Made by a program: the position numbers and the translations under genes. From positions 2,046,029-2,110,028 of the forward strand of contig NC_057758.1 of NCBI RefSeq assembly GCF_004010195.1: 64,000 nt of DNA. Reading direction: 5' to 3'. Below the pieces are notes generated by a model, which was not told the origin of the DNA, did not search any database, and saw only the letters and a program-made list of their open reading frames with translations. This stretch comes from Chiloscyllium plagiosum (lineage: Eukaryota). Below are positions 38,401-51,699 of the stretch, piece by piece. How positions within the stretch are numbered: position 1 is the first letter of the stretch; each line of letters begins with the position of its first letter.

Positions 38401-38854
38401 CCTGCCTAACATCTTCAGCGCTCCTCCTACCTATGTCATTGGTGCCAATGTGGACCACGACTTCGGGCTGCTCCCCCTTCCCCTTAAGGACCGAAAAACA
38501 CGATCACGTACCCTTGCCCCTGGGAGGCAACATACCAAACGTGAGTCTCTCTCGCCCCCACAAAACCGCCTATCTGTGCCCCGAACTATCGAGTCCCCAA
38601 TTAATATTGCTCTGCTCTTCTCCACCCTTCCCTTCTGAGATACAGGGACAGTGCCTGAGCCCCATTACTTACACTTGGTAAGTCGTCCCCCCACACAAGT
38701 ATCCAAAACGGTATACTTGTTCCTGAGGGGGTCCCTGCACTGGCTGCTTCCTCCCAGTGTCACCCATCTGTCTGCAATCTTTGGAGTTACTACTTCCCTA
38801 AAGCTCCGATCTATGACCCCCTCTGCCTCCCGAATGATCCTAAGTTCATCCCTA
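35448..38854 (-). mobile_element. CR1 LINE nested in opposite orientation, with a 7-bp TSD
   Basis: (catagaa)n tail at 35451-35471. ORFs 37462-38307 (APE), 36204-36701 (RT, FADDTK) and 38431-38850 (ORF1). Flanked by agacata at 35441-35447 and 38855-38861. Confidence 0.93.
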
Positions 38855-39206
38855 AGACATACAAGATAATCAGAGTGTGAGATAGGGTGGACAGGGAGAA
38901 CCTTTTTACAAGTATGGGAATGGCAAACACGAGGGGACACAACTTTAAAGTGAGGGGAGATAAGTATAAGACAGATGTCAGAGGTAGTTTCTTTACTCAG
39001 AGAGTAGTAAGGGTATGGAATGCTCTGCCTGCAACGGTAGTAGATTCGTCAAGTTTAAGTGCAGTTCCGTCGTCATTGGACAGGCAAATAACGTACACGG
39101 AATAGGGAAGGTGGGATGGGCTTCAGATTAGTATGACAGGGCGGCGCAACATCGAGGGCCGAAGGGCCTGTACCGCACTGTAATGTTGTATGTTCTATGT
39201 TCTATG
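38855..39206 (+). mobile_element. 3' remainder of the host CR1 LINE
   Basis: Resumes T-YKII...DRVDRENLF...TRGHNFKVRG...FFTQRVVRVWNALP, then gggccgaagggcctg and a (gttctat)n tail. Confidence 0.92.
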
Positions 39207-39289
39207 TAAATCAGAAAGTGTATTGCCGTTATAGATGGTAATATGTGGAATACATAATGGGAGGAAGTAGTGTTTTTTTTTCTAAAATG

Positions 39290-40654
39290 TGAAAGTGAAG
39301 AATTGGCGAAAAATTGTGAAATCGATGGTTGGAGCAATAAATGCGTTCTCTAGTCCAGCAATACTGTTTAGCCTTGGTAATTATGCAGCTGGGAGTAATG
39401 CGTACTGTCTTCGAAATGTCAGTTGCAAATCAGCAAACTCAGATGTTAAAGAAATCACATCCTGGGATTAGCCTAACGGTGTGCAAATATGAGGAGAAAC
39501 CACAAAATCAATATAAGAAACTTGAGCTTCAGTTATCAGTAAATGTATTCGAAGAAATGGCAAAGAAAAAAAAGGCACCAATGAAAGAAAACGTGCATAT
39601 TTTTAGTTCAGCTGAATTACAACAGAAAGAACAAGAACTTAAACAGTTGCATAGGTAGATGAAGTATCTGAGTGTATCTCAGAATGCTGCGACCGTAAAA
39701 CTAAAGTCTTGGTGAGGAACTGGGAAGTATCACTGATTTAATCTGACGCAAAAACATGTGCAGAATTTCATCAAGTTGTATTATCAGTGGTTTATAAAAA
39801 GGAGTTGCGTGTCCCTAGAGCTGTTGGAAAGAAAAGAAAAAAGAGATTACCTCTGAACTGTGCACTGTCTCACTTCCAGTAGAATGCCATGCTGAAGTTA
39901 AGTATACATATCTCGACAGTTATTCTGCCATGAGAAGTTGCACACGACGCATCTACAACATATTGAGATAATTGTGAAAAACACTTTTCTTGGAGCAAAG
40001 GCATTCAAGTTGCTTAAATAGACTGAGATCAGGTCTTAGAACAAAAAAGGAGTAATCCCACATTGCTGTGACATTAGATGGCATCTTCGGACAACTGAAA
40101 TAAATGCCATATCAGAGCAAAATGCTACATCAGAGGTGACAGAAGCAAGTGAGATTGAAGAACAGCTTCAAGCAAGCAAAGTAGTCGAAGGAAAAAGTAC
40201 CTTAGAGAGTGTCAATGCAACCGAAGACGAACCTATGCTGGTGAAATGCGTAGGAGTGGGGAAAACATGGAAGAGAGATGAGGCCAAGCAACAACCAACA
40301 GCGTGTTACCTGGGGCTTGTGTGTGCAGATGTTTTAAAACGTACACAGGAACATGGCCAATAAGTTACCAAAACACATCAGTGAGACACAGGAATTGTAC
40401 ATGTTAGAAGATAGTCTCGATCAGCAATTCTAGGAATACTTCGTGATAGTGCGATGACTCAAGAAAACATTGAGATTGTCGATTCTACAGACAGCATCCT
40501 TCATAAAAGAAATTCCAGCAGAAAATTGTTGTCTGCGGCAGTGGCAAAGATAATGTTTTGTCGGTGGAATGCACTGTTTGCGGCGTTGACCGCTTATGAA
40601 AACTCGGCATCTGAAAGTATGTCTTACAGGCTTTCCACATACGTGTGGAAATAA
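39290..40654 (+). pseudogene. Possible fossil large exon of unknown, E/K/S-rich protein
   Basis: Non-repeat and purine-biased. Three ORF pieces (39341, 40136, 40454) fall in the same frame, separated by stops. No recognisable domain. Confidence 0.35.
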
Positions 40655-41451
40655 AAATAACAATGACCGTGTAGAGCATAAATTCAGCGATAAGGAAAGC
40701 ACATTTGTAGCAGGATTGGAGACTTATAACTGCATTCGTAACAAAGCATAGCTAGATGAAGTTGTGTCACATGCAGTTTTAATTCTGAAATACGTTTTTC
40801 ATAGAACAAATTTTGTCGTAAGATTTATAGAGCTAACTATTTGTAGAGCTACGTGTCTGTTCTCACAACTTGCTATCTGATTGCCAAATTTCATCAGATA
40901 AATGTGAAACACAAGTTGTTAAAATTTCCAGCATTTGAAATTTACTACATATCTCAGGAGGGCATGTGAATTTCAAAGATTATTGGCAGTCTCTATTGAT
41001 GAATTGTTAGACAAACATCTCACTGAAATAAACACAAAGAAATAAGTACATCTGGCATAATCTGTGGGAAGAAGTTAGAATTTAGGTTTCCAGTCATTCC
41101 ATAGGTTGTTCCCAGTGATGAATCCCTGGACTCAGATCTTTAACTTCGCTTTCATCCCACAAATCCTGACAGACCTGCTTCGATTCTGTAGAATTTTCTG
41201 TTTCAGTTACAGATTGGCAGATTTGGAATTCTTTGTGTTATTTTTGAATCTCACTGAACATTGGAGGAGAAATATGTGAGGTGATTTGTGCGCTGTGAAT
41301 ATGGACTCCAGCAAAGACATGTGATAGATTTTATATGATTTGTGTATACTGATCATGCTCATTTGGAATATGCAGCTTTACCAGGAACGTGAAGTCGAAG
41401 TAGTGGATGAAGTCTGAAAGAAGAATGAGTAGCAACATTGAAAGTGGGTTG

Positions 41452-41720
41452 GTATGTGGTGACTCAGTATTTAGCGCTGCTGCTTCACAGCACTAATGGG
41501 ATTTGGGGTCAATTCTAGACTCTGGCCACCTGTTTATTGAAGTTTGCACATTATCGCCGTGTCAGCATGGTTTCTGTGTGTTATCTGGTTTCGTTCCACA
41601 GACCAAAAATGCGTAAGTTAGGTGCATTAGCCACGGGACATGAATGAGAACGGGAGATCAGGCTGGAATGCTCTTCAGCAAAACACTTGTTGGGCTGGAT
41701 GGCGTCTTTACACATTGTAA
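41452..41720 (+). mobile_element. Old, decayed HE1-type SINE
   Basis: tggtgactcagtatttagcgctgctgcttcacagc (A-box region) and gaagtttgcacattatcgccgtgtc (V-domain). Confidence 0.65.
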
Positions 41721-44143
41721 AGATTTTATGGAAATACAGACTTTAATACTAATTTAAAAAACATTTAAAGTGATCGTAAATTGATATTTCACTCTATTAT
41801 TTTGGTCTGCTCTTAACTTTATCTGAGTTCGTGTGAAAATACATTTGTTGAAAACCGAAGTCATAGTCTGAATCCCATTTGTTGGGCAACAGAGACAGCG
41901 AAATTGTTTTTTGTCTGTGTAATTAAATTTTGCAACATAATTGAGCATAAAATTAGAGAACAAAACGAGGAATGAAATGATTGTTTTACTTCGATTTTCA
42001 TTTCAGCGTCAAGATCATTTTTGTTTTTCCCAGGACCACGAAGTTCCCTCCAGATTCGTTTGGCTGCTGTAGTGCTGCTGACGATCAGATTATTAAATAC
42101 CTAAAAGCAAGCTATCGAAAGCAGAGGTGTCATCAGACTGTCAATACACTTACGCACTGTGAAAAAGGTTGAAGTGAAATAATCTGGTCTCCGTTTGTAA
42201 ACCCATGGTACATTGCCAATTAATGTTGAAAGAAGAAAGGACCTCAAGAAACTGATGATGCTCACCCAAAACAAATCGCAAAAACAAAATTATTGTAGCA
42301 GTATTTTGCTTTAAGTGTCTGGCAACGGATGGCTACAAAACGATCACGGGCAACTGGGAAACAGTTACAACAATTGAGGGCTGCAAGGCACAAGACGATT
42401 TTTGTGTAATTAACTGGTTAGTCATTGGTGAAAAAAATGTAATTAATTTGATTCAGTAAAACATTGAAAATGATGAGCTGTGGTCCGCTGTTGACATTGT
42501 CATTCTGAGAAATATAGACGGGAAGTCCACAGTTCCACCGTTTCAGGACCACAATCGCCGTTAAGATGACTGTAGGAAATCGAATTAAAGCTCAACAACT
42601 TCGTGCAAAAGTTATTCTTCCAATGCTCGCCCAATTAACAAAAAGTAGCTTTATATGGTTTAAGTTTGTGTTAGCTGTACCGTCGTTGTAAAAGAGTGAT
42701 TGCCTTTGTGCAGAGCAAGGCAATGCAATATTTCGGGACAACCAAGTTAAAGTTTGAGAAACATGATGGTTTATAAAAGACGGCAATAAATGGAATAATT
42801 CGAGTCAAACAAAACACAGGTATGCAATAAAATAGAACATTTTCCTTGTCAGACGCTGTCAGGTCATAACTAATAAAACCAGGGGTATTATTTCTATTTT
42901 TAGGCGATATTATGTATTGAAATAAAACTGTTAATGTGTGCAGTGCTTAAATACACTATCATGTTATTTTAAAACTTGACATGACAACAAAGTTGATTTG
43001 GAACGTTCTTATTGAAATTAATCCGGAGTTCTCAAAACTATCATTTAACTTCACTGACACATAGCTCCAAAGTAGTGGTGTGAACTTTAATAATGCTTTG
43101 TCTTTCATTAGAATTGAATGCATTTCACAATTAATACATTTAAGAGGATATTAAACAAAGAGGATTGAGATAATATTTTAGATGTTTACTCTACAAACAG
43201 TAGATTACCAAACAGAATAATGCAGCAAAGCCTTTTACTACAGCCAGACTGAGTGTAGGCTCTGACTGAAAAAAAATTGTAATCGTAAGCAAATGGTGAT
43301 CTACATAGCATTACGTGTGTTTTGTTATTTAATCAGTTCAGCTTTCAACGCTACCTCAAATTCACCCGATGGTTCATTCCTCACCTGTTCATTTCTCTCC
43401 CTATTCAATTCGCTGCAGTCTCCAGGAGGCAACTGCTGTTAAGGAAAGAAGAAATATTTCGAAAGTATAGTTGCATAGTAACTGATTCAATTTTGATGGA
43501 CGTATTCATGCTTTGATTATATTAGTAGACTAGACTGTGGTGAAATAAATAAAATCAAGATTGACATTGATTTAAATCGAGCTCTTTTTTGTAAACTGTA
43601 ACTATATAGAATTGTTAATGTTCCTATTTTGCATACAACGTGTTCAACAATTTTGGTCTGATTTTCTAATAAATGTAATGAGAGAGTTACGCAGTTGAAG
43701 ATGGCAGGGTTAAACGGTACTCTTTTAAAGACTCTTTGTGGTGTTGCGACAGATTTAATGCAGAAAACAAATGCACAGATTCGGAGTTTCTAATACGCTC
43801 CAAATAGCAATTTACCAGGAACAGTTAAGCTGAGTTTTTTGATTTCTTAAAATTATTATTATTCAGTAATCATAGCCGATCCTCAATTGCCCTTAAGACG
43901 TTGTTGATGAGATGCTTTTCTGGATCTACTAGTGTTGACCAACGATGGTAGGGAGTAAATGCAAGGATTTTGTCCAAAGACTGTGAAAGAACGTTTGTGT
44001 ATTTCCGGATCAGGGTGATGAGTGATTTGAAGTTGAATGTGCAGGTGGTGATGTTCTTAAGCACCTGCTTCGTTTGTCCTTCTGGATGGAAGTTGTCGTG
44101 GGTGTGGAAGATGCTGTGTGAGCATCTTTGGTCAATTTCTATA

Positions 44144-44689
44144 TGTGAGAAACAGGACTCACAATTCAATCAGCCTGAGACAAAGCCTTGGAAAGAAGAA
44201 CAATTTATAACAGCCTTGCATGACCGGACGCCTCTGCAATCAAGCAGAAATGCGCGCCAAAACAGAGCCTGTTAGCTTTCTTATTCAGTTTACATGTTGC
44301 AGAATCATGCCTCCCTTTTCCCGTCCTATCATAAGCCGATTACCTCACTTGTCAGTTATTTTCTTATCTGGCCATCCTGCTGTCCTTGTCTGCACTTTTT
44401 GTTCCTTTTTTGTTATAGCTTGTTCTTTTATCCAGTTTCTCTTATCATACTATAAGCTTTATTGTAAAATGCCCTTGCTGCTTCTTTTTGTGGTCAGCTA
44501 CAAACCTTCATAGTTATTTCCTAGCTTAAAACTATTTTCTTTAAAAGACCCTCTATACTCATTCAAGTCTTAGCCTTAGGTATGCTACATGCTACAAGAA
44601 TTCCGTGACCGTTTGTATAATGTTCCGCTTCCCTTCCCCTACTACACCCCCTCCCCCACCTGCAAAAACGACATTTCTAATCTCTCACA
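44144..44689 (-). mobile_element. ERV 3' LTR (546 bp)
   Basis: Bounded by the 7-bp inverted repeat TGTGAGA...TCTCACA (44144-44150 and 44683-44689). Immediately preceded on minus by a polypurine tract aaaaagaaaaaggaggaat. Confidence 0.85.
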
Positions 44690-44807
44690 ATTCCTCCTTT
44701 TTCTTTTTCTCTAACTGTTGTTTCTGCACTTACTTCGTCTCCTTTAATTCATTTTCTTATGTTCTGCCCTCTTAACCTTTTGGCGATGAGGTTCACAATC
44801 TTACAGT

Positions 44808-46159
44808 TTACACGTGTGTTGTTCGTCCCTCGAACTCTAGAAGCATTCTTTGACTTTCTCTTTGTTGCATATCACCTGCTGATTGTAAAAGCATCTGATG
44901 ATTTATTTGGGTTCCTTCCACAAGGGATGTCATCAGTAGGCTCATTACCCATTTTAGGACATTGAACCCTACCACTGGACCCACTAATATCAATAATCCA
45001 TAGATAGCTATATTGACTAACCACCTTCCCCAACCAGTCAATCCCCAATTCACCCATTTCCTTTTTCGTTCCAGTACCGATTACCGGCCTCCCTTACCTT
45101 GATGATTTTGTCTCACACATATTTGCAGATATCAGTAATGTTAAAAGAGACCTCAGGTATGTACGTACAACATTCCTCTCCAATTAGTGCACAGGTACCA
45201 CCCTTCTCTGCTAGAGTATAGTCCAGAGCCATCCTGTTGTGAAGATTCGTTAGCCTAGTGGCAATCATTTTGGTCGTTATGGCTGCAACTTGGGATTGGG
45301 TTTCAGCCAACGCATCAGCAGTATTGTGGGCCAACTCTTCCAGGGAAGCCACTAACTTTTGTATTTCTACTCCTGCTCGAGTGGTCCCATACATAGGTAT
45401 CAAAGTCCAGAGGAGGCGGTCTCGTTCAGTTACTTTCCGAGTTACTCGCATTCCTCCCTGTTTATTCCGAAGTATTTTTGGGCCTCTCTTTAACAGCCTC
45501 AAGTAGGGAATTATATATGCGAGGTAGCAGCAGCCACTCCAGCCTTTCTGGCTTTGAGGCAGTATTTGATCAACATCATAACATGCATGCATTCCTATAC
45601 ATTCAGTCACGCGAATGTATTTCGCCCCGGGAATAAATGGATAGGCCTTCAGGCCGCATACCCAATATGTTCCGTTTAATATTTGGTAAAAGGTTGTGGC
45701 TGAGGCTTGGCTGGTGTAGACACAAGATGATTTTCCTAATTGGAAGGGTGCGGTATCATTCTGATTACATCATTCTGATTACAGAAACAAGTGGTATTTA
45801 CTGCTCCTTTCGGGGGGAAACTCTAAGGCCATCAATAGCACCCAGAGTTTTCGGGACTGGTCGAGGGAACCAACCCGCAGTTATAATTACCCCTTTCAAA
45901 TCTCCAAGTCGTATCATTTGAGCACGAGTCAAATTGTTGTACATCGTACACTTCTCTTTTGGTAAGTGGTATTACCGTGAGAGGAATTCCGGATTTCCCA
46001 TGGTGTGGGATCTCAGCACATACCGAACAGTCGGTATGTCCCTTTAGTTTAGCATAATTCTGACATAAAGCGGTAAAATGATTTTTCCCACACCCCCCCA
46101 CCCCCCACCCCGGCAGCTGGCGCCAATATTATCGTGACAATATAAAATTGACCATTCAT
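44808..46159 (-). pseudogene. env: ERV gamma-type envelope (SU and TM), frameshifted
   Basis: Signal-like MNGQFYIVTIILAPAAG; SU CxxC motif TDCSVC; furin-like RVTR; immunosuppressive-domain-like LHNRMALDYTLAEKGGT; CX6CC (CALIGEECC); membrane anchor WLVNIAIYGLLILVGPVVGFNVL. Confidence 0.92.
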
Positions 46160-46278
46160 TTCAGCTCACAACCCTATCTGTCTATTCCATAACACTTTAA
46201 ATACCAGGGAGGAAGGAGTCCATGCAACACTTACAATTGTTTTGGGATACAGTTTTTTAACCAATCCTTAATAGTCTC

Positions 46279-47380
46279 TTATCTCAGTCCATTCTTTTTG
46301 CTCAGCTTGATTTTCAGAGGGTTGTCTGTAGGATGTGCGTGCCATTCTGCCGGAGGGGAAGGAGCGTCCACCGGGCCCTTAGCACAAGTGTGATGACTCC
46401 GCCCTTTTTCAGCAGTTCGGACGGCTGTTTCAGCAGTCAGTAGGAACGGTCCCTCCCAGCTTGGGTGCAGATTAGTATCTTTCCAGGTCTTTATCAGGAC
46501 CCAATCACCCGTTTGTATCCGATGTACTGCGAACTCAAGTGGAGGTGTCTGGGTCAACAGACCCTTCTTTCGAAGGACATACAAAGAAGAGCCGAGCGCC
46601 ACAATATAGTTCTTTAAAAACTTATCATTGAACTCTACAGTTAGTAATTCCCCCCTTCCATACAAGAAAGGTAATCCAAACATCATCTCATAAGGAGATA
46701 GGCCTATATCACGTCTAGGCGCAGTCCTAATGCGTACTAACGCGATAGGTAAACATTTTATCCATGGTAGTCGAGTATCTAGGACTAGATTAGACAATTG
46801 CTTCTTTAAGGTTTGATTCATTAGTTCCACCCGTCCAGAGGAAGGCAGATGACAAGGGGTGTGGAATTCCCAAGAGATTTCTAATCCCGCCATTACCTCT
46901 TGTAGGATCTTAGAGGTAAAATAGCTACCTTGGTCTGAATCTATACTTTCCACCAGTCCATATCCAGGAATTATATGTTCTAAAAGAGTTTTCACTACTC
47001 CCTTCGAGGTAGCTGAGGACATTGGAAATGCCTCCACCCACCCAGTTCGGTGATCCATTAGGCGTAATAAGTACTTTTGTTTCCCTAGTGGGGGTAATTC
47101 TATGTAATCTACCTGTATTCTTTGAAAAGGTGTTACCCCAGGGTTTCTTCCACCTCTTACACCCCCCCCCCCCGTTACTTTCTTATTAATCTTTTGGCAA
47201 GTCGGGCATCCTGCTCATACCTGCTTGGCTAATGTGTATATCCCTTTACATCCGTACTTCCTTAACACTGTGTCACACATAGCTTGGGAGCACCAATGAC
47301 TGCCTTGGTGCAAGGTGGTTATGATGTTTCTCATGACTGGTTTACTTAATAACTCCCTTCCATCCGGAAAATACATATTC
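46279..47380 (-). pseudogene. pol: ERV pol, integrase region (class I, gamma/epsilon-like)
   Basis: HHCC (HQGSH...CPTC, with an in-frame stop just before the Cys pair); D,D,E triad in IQVDY, IDSDQG and GRVELMN; LSPYEMMFG; GPY/F module GDWVLIK...WEGPF. Confidence 0.95.
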
Positions 47381-47381
47381 C

Positions 47382-50300
47382 TTGGGTTGTCTTATCCATC
47401 GTTATAGTTGCTGCACTATCCTCCACCCCAATTCCCCAACCGTGGGGAAAGGATGGAGTGCAATCATTCTATCAATTCTTTACATGGTCTCATATACTTC
47501 TGTAAGATATCCCTTAGCCTCCAGCGTTCAAAAGAAAAAAAAATGCCTATCTTGTCCAGAGTCTCCCGTAACTCAGAAACTTGAGTCCTGGCAACATCCG
47601 TTGTATGTTTCTGCTGCACTCTTTTCACATTAATGACATCCTTCCGATAGCAAGGCAGCCAGAACCGAACACAATACACCAAGCACGTCCTCATCAACGT
47701 CCTGTATAGCTGCAACATAACTTCCCAACTTCCTTACTCAATGCCATTGCTTATGAAAGCTAGGGTGCCAAAAGCCACTTTCACTGCTCTCTGTACCTGC
47801 GAGTCCACTTTCAGCAGACTGCATACTTGAACCCCAAGTTCCATCAGTTGCTCTAAACTTCTTTAGGTACTACCATTTACCAAGCAACTCCTACTTTGAT
47901 TTGAATTCCCGAAGTGCAAGACCTCAAACTTATCTGTTTAAACTACATTTTCCATCTTTCAGCCGGCTTCCCCAGTTGATCCAATTCCTGCTCCAATTTC
48001 TGATAATCTTCCTCACAGTCCACGAAACCTCCTATTTTAGTGTGATCTGAAAATGTCTTAATCATGCCTTGTACAATTCTCATACAGAGCATTTCCAAAG
48101 ATAACAAACATCAAGAGGCCCGGAACCGATTGCAAATGCACTCGACTATTCAAAGGCCACCAGTCTGGTAAGAACCCTTCCACTGTTGCTTTCTGCTTCC
48201 TATCATCAAAATAATTGTGTGTCTGATTTGCCATCTCCCTGGATTCCAAGCAATCAAAACCTTCAGAGCAGTCTCCGAAGTGGTTCCTTTTCAAACAATT
48301 TACTGAAATCCATAAAGACTCTGTGTCTACACTCTTCCCTCCTCAAGCAGACAGAGTATGTTTCAGAAAACAGAGAACAGTCATGCGCAGTACAGATCCT
48401 TTAGGCCTCGATGTTGTGCTGTCATTTTATCTTACTCTCAGATCAAGCTAACTGGCATATCCTTCAATTTACATTCATCCATTTGCCAGTCGAACTGTCG
48501 CTTAAACCTGACTCCAAAACCATTGCAGGCAGTGCATTCCACCCAGCCACCACTCTCTGTGTAAAGAAACAACCTCTGAAATCTCCGCTGAACCTTCCTC
48601 CAATCACCTTATAATTATGTCCGATCGTGATAGCCATTTTCCAACCTGGTAAAAGTATCTGTCTATCCACTATATCTATGACTCTCATCATCTCGCACAT
48701 CTGTATCAAGTCGCCTCTCATTCTTATTTGCTCCAGTAAGAAACGCTCTCATTCCCTCAGCCTTTCTTCATCAGAACAACACTGCATTCCAGCCAGTATC
48801 CCGGTAAATCTCCCGTCTATTCTCTTTAGAGTTTCCACAAACTTCCGATAATGAGGCGACCAGAAGAGAACATAATATTCCAGATTTAACCAGGGTTTGA
48901 CGGAGCCCTAGCATAACTTTGCGTCTTTCAAACACACTCCCCCGCAAATGAAAGCCAGCACACCTTATGCCTTGTCCACAACCCCATCAACTTGGACGGC
49001 AAAATTGAGGGACCTATGGTCGTTGACTCCAAGATCCTTTACTTCACACTGCTGACAATCCTTCCTTTGACCCTATATTCTGCAACATATTTGACAATCG
49101 AAAATGAATCACTTCACACATTTCCAGGTTGAACTCCATCTGCCACATCTCAGCCCAGGTGTGCTGAGTACCATTGCATCATGCAACATCCCTCCACTGT
49201 ATCCAGGACTCCACCATCGACAAACTTACTAACATATTTTTCCACTTCGTCTTCCAAGTCATTTCTAAAAATCCCAAAAAGATTAGGTCCCAGAACAGAT
49301 CTCTGCGTAACACCACTTGTTACTGAGGTCTAGCCTGAATACTTTCCATCAGCAACTACACTCTGTCTTCTATGGACCAGCCAATTATGTATCCAGACAA
49401 ACAGAAATCCCTGTATCTAATGCGTCCTTACTTTCTGACTGAGTCTACCATTGGGAATCTTCTAAAATGCCTTGCCAAAATCCATGTGCACCACATCAAC
49501 TGTGTGTACCTGCATCAATATATTTTGTCACTTTCTCAAACAATTCAATTAGCCTTGTGAAGAACAATACCCCTCATAATGTCATACTGCCTATCTTAAC
49601 CAAGATATTGTTTTCCCACTAATCATAAATCATAAATCCTGTTTCTCAGAGTCTTCTCCAGTAATTTGTGTAAGACTATCTTGGTGATAATTCCCACGGT
49701 TATATCTATTCATTTTCTTGAATGATGGAATGGCATTTGCCACCTTCCAATCATCTGGTATTATTCCAGCGGACTGTGAGGAGGTAAATATCATCACCAA
49801 AGGAGCAGCAATCTCTTCCCTCTCTTTTCGTAGTAACCTTGAGTATGCCCCGTCTGACACAGAAGAGGTATCTACTGTCATGTTATTTTTTTCAAAATTT
49901 TCAGCACATGCTCCTTCTTAACATTAACCTTCATCAGCCTGTTTCACGGTGTATTCAGAAATGATAAGTGTGTCTCACTACTGCAGCAACGTATTCATTA
50001 AGGACTCCCTGACCTCATCCAACTCCAGGCACATCTTCCCTCCACTATCCCTTATCAACCCTACCCTTGCCCGCCATCTTGTTTGTCAGATGAGCATTGA
50101 ATACTTAATGCTATCTGCTAATGCTTTTCATACGCCCTTATAGTTTTCCTAATTCCTTTCTTCATTTACTTCCTGGCGAATGTGTAGCCTTCAAGTCTGA
50201 TATTTGCTTCCTCAAACTTAAGTACGCTTTCTTCTTCCTGGCGAATGTGTAACCCTCAAGTCTGAAAATTGCTGCCTCAACCTTAATTAAGCTTTCTTCT

Positions 50301-51620
50301 TCCTCGTGACCAAATACTTCACATCTCTTGTCATCCAAGGTCCCGTCGTGCTACAATCTCTTCCTTCCCTAAGTGGAAAAATCCTATTCAGCACTCGCAG
50401 CAAGTGTTCCCTAAACAACCTCCACATGTTTGTCGTACATTTCCTTGAGAATATCTGTTCCCAGTTTATGCTGCGCAGTTCCTTCCGAATGGCATTGCAA
50501 TTCCCCCTCCCATTAAATATTTTCCCATGCCATCAGCTTTTATCCCGCTCCATGACTAAAGCAACTGTCAGGGAGCTGTTATCACTATGACTGAAATGCT
50601 GTCCCACCGAAATATCTGTTCACTTCAAAGAACTCAAACAAATTTATGAGCCATGATCTCCAAAGCAGAAAGCCATGCTAATTGTTCCCAGTCAAACCCT
50701 GCCTTTTTGAAAGGGTGCAAATCTTATCATTTCAAAGATTCTCATGTCAATTACGTACAACAGATGTTAGACTTACTCGTCGATAGTTCCAAGATTTTTC
50801 TTTGCAGACATTCTTAAATAAGGGCACGGCATTCACTCTGCGCCAGGCTTCCGGGACGCTACCCGTGGCTAAAAATAATGCAAAAATATCAGCTGGGACC
50901 GTCGCAATTTCTCACAGTATCTTTGAATATATCTGGTCAGGACCTGGGGATTTATTCACTGCCATACATTCTAATACATTCAACACCAACTCGAATGTGT
51001 TATGGGATGTATCCAGGATATGATCACTATCATCATACTTCATGTCTTTCACCACAGTAAACACAGAGCAGAAATATTTATTGAAGACTGCGGTTCTACA
51101 CATACTTCTTCCTTCAATATATTTAAAAAACGTCTTTGATTTCACCCTAATCTTCGCAGCCAAGCTACCACCTGCCCTCTCATGCTTTCCTCCTTCAGTA
51201 TTCTCCTGCTTGAAACTCTACCTCGAAGGATTCTCTTGAAGCAGCGCCTGAGTCATTCCTCTTCCTATTTTTCTGATAAAAGTCTCAAAATCTCTTGGCA
51301 ACCAGAGTTCACTGTTCCTGTCAACCCTGCCAACCCTTATTGGTACATGACGATCTTGAACTATAACTGTCTCACTTTCGAAGGACTCTCTCTGGCTCGA
51401 AGTCCTTTTGCCTGCAAAGAAACTACTCGAACTACTCCCTGCAAGCTCCTGTCTAATTCCATTTAAAAAATTACCTTGCCCCAGTTTAGACCATGAAACG
51501 GTCGAACTTCATCGCTACTTTAAAACTCATAGAACTATGGTCACTTCTCCAATGATCCTTTCCCTCTGCCTCCTCGGTCATCAGCATTGCTCGATTTGCC
51601 AAGAGGAAATGAAGGTCTGC
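47382..51620 (-). mobile_element. Stack of at least three decayed CR1 fragments (~47382-48350, ~48370-50620, ~50620-51620)
   Basis: LQLYRTLMR..LVYCVRFW.P.YRKD; GDLIQM..MMR.ID.VD...FFTQRVV..WNALP; REEIAAPL..IF.SS..G.IPDDWKVAN; NKSPGPDQIY. Confidence 0.8.
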
Positions 51621-51699
51621 ATGTTACCGAATTTATCTATCTGAAAAGATATTGGATACTCCATTATGTGTATGAACGATGAGAGACTAAGTGGCAGAT

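Noticed and set aside
42034..42260. Assignment to an armadillo-repeat gene such as RSPH14
   Set aside because: Only a vague helical resemblance in a stop-interrupted frame, too weak to name without a search.
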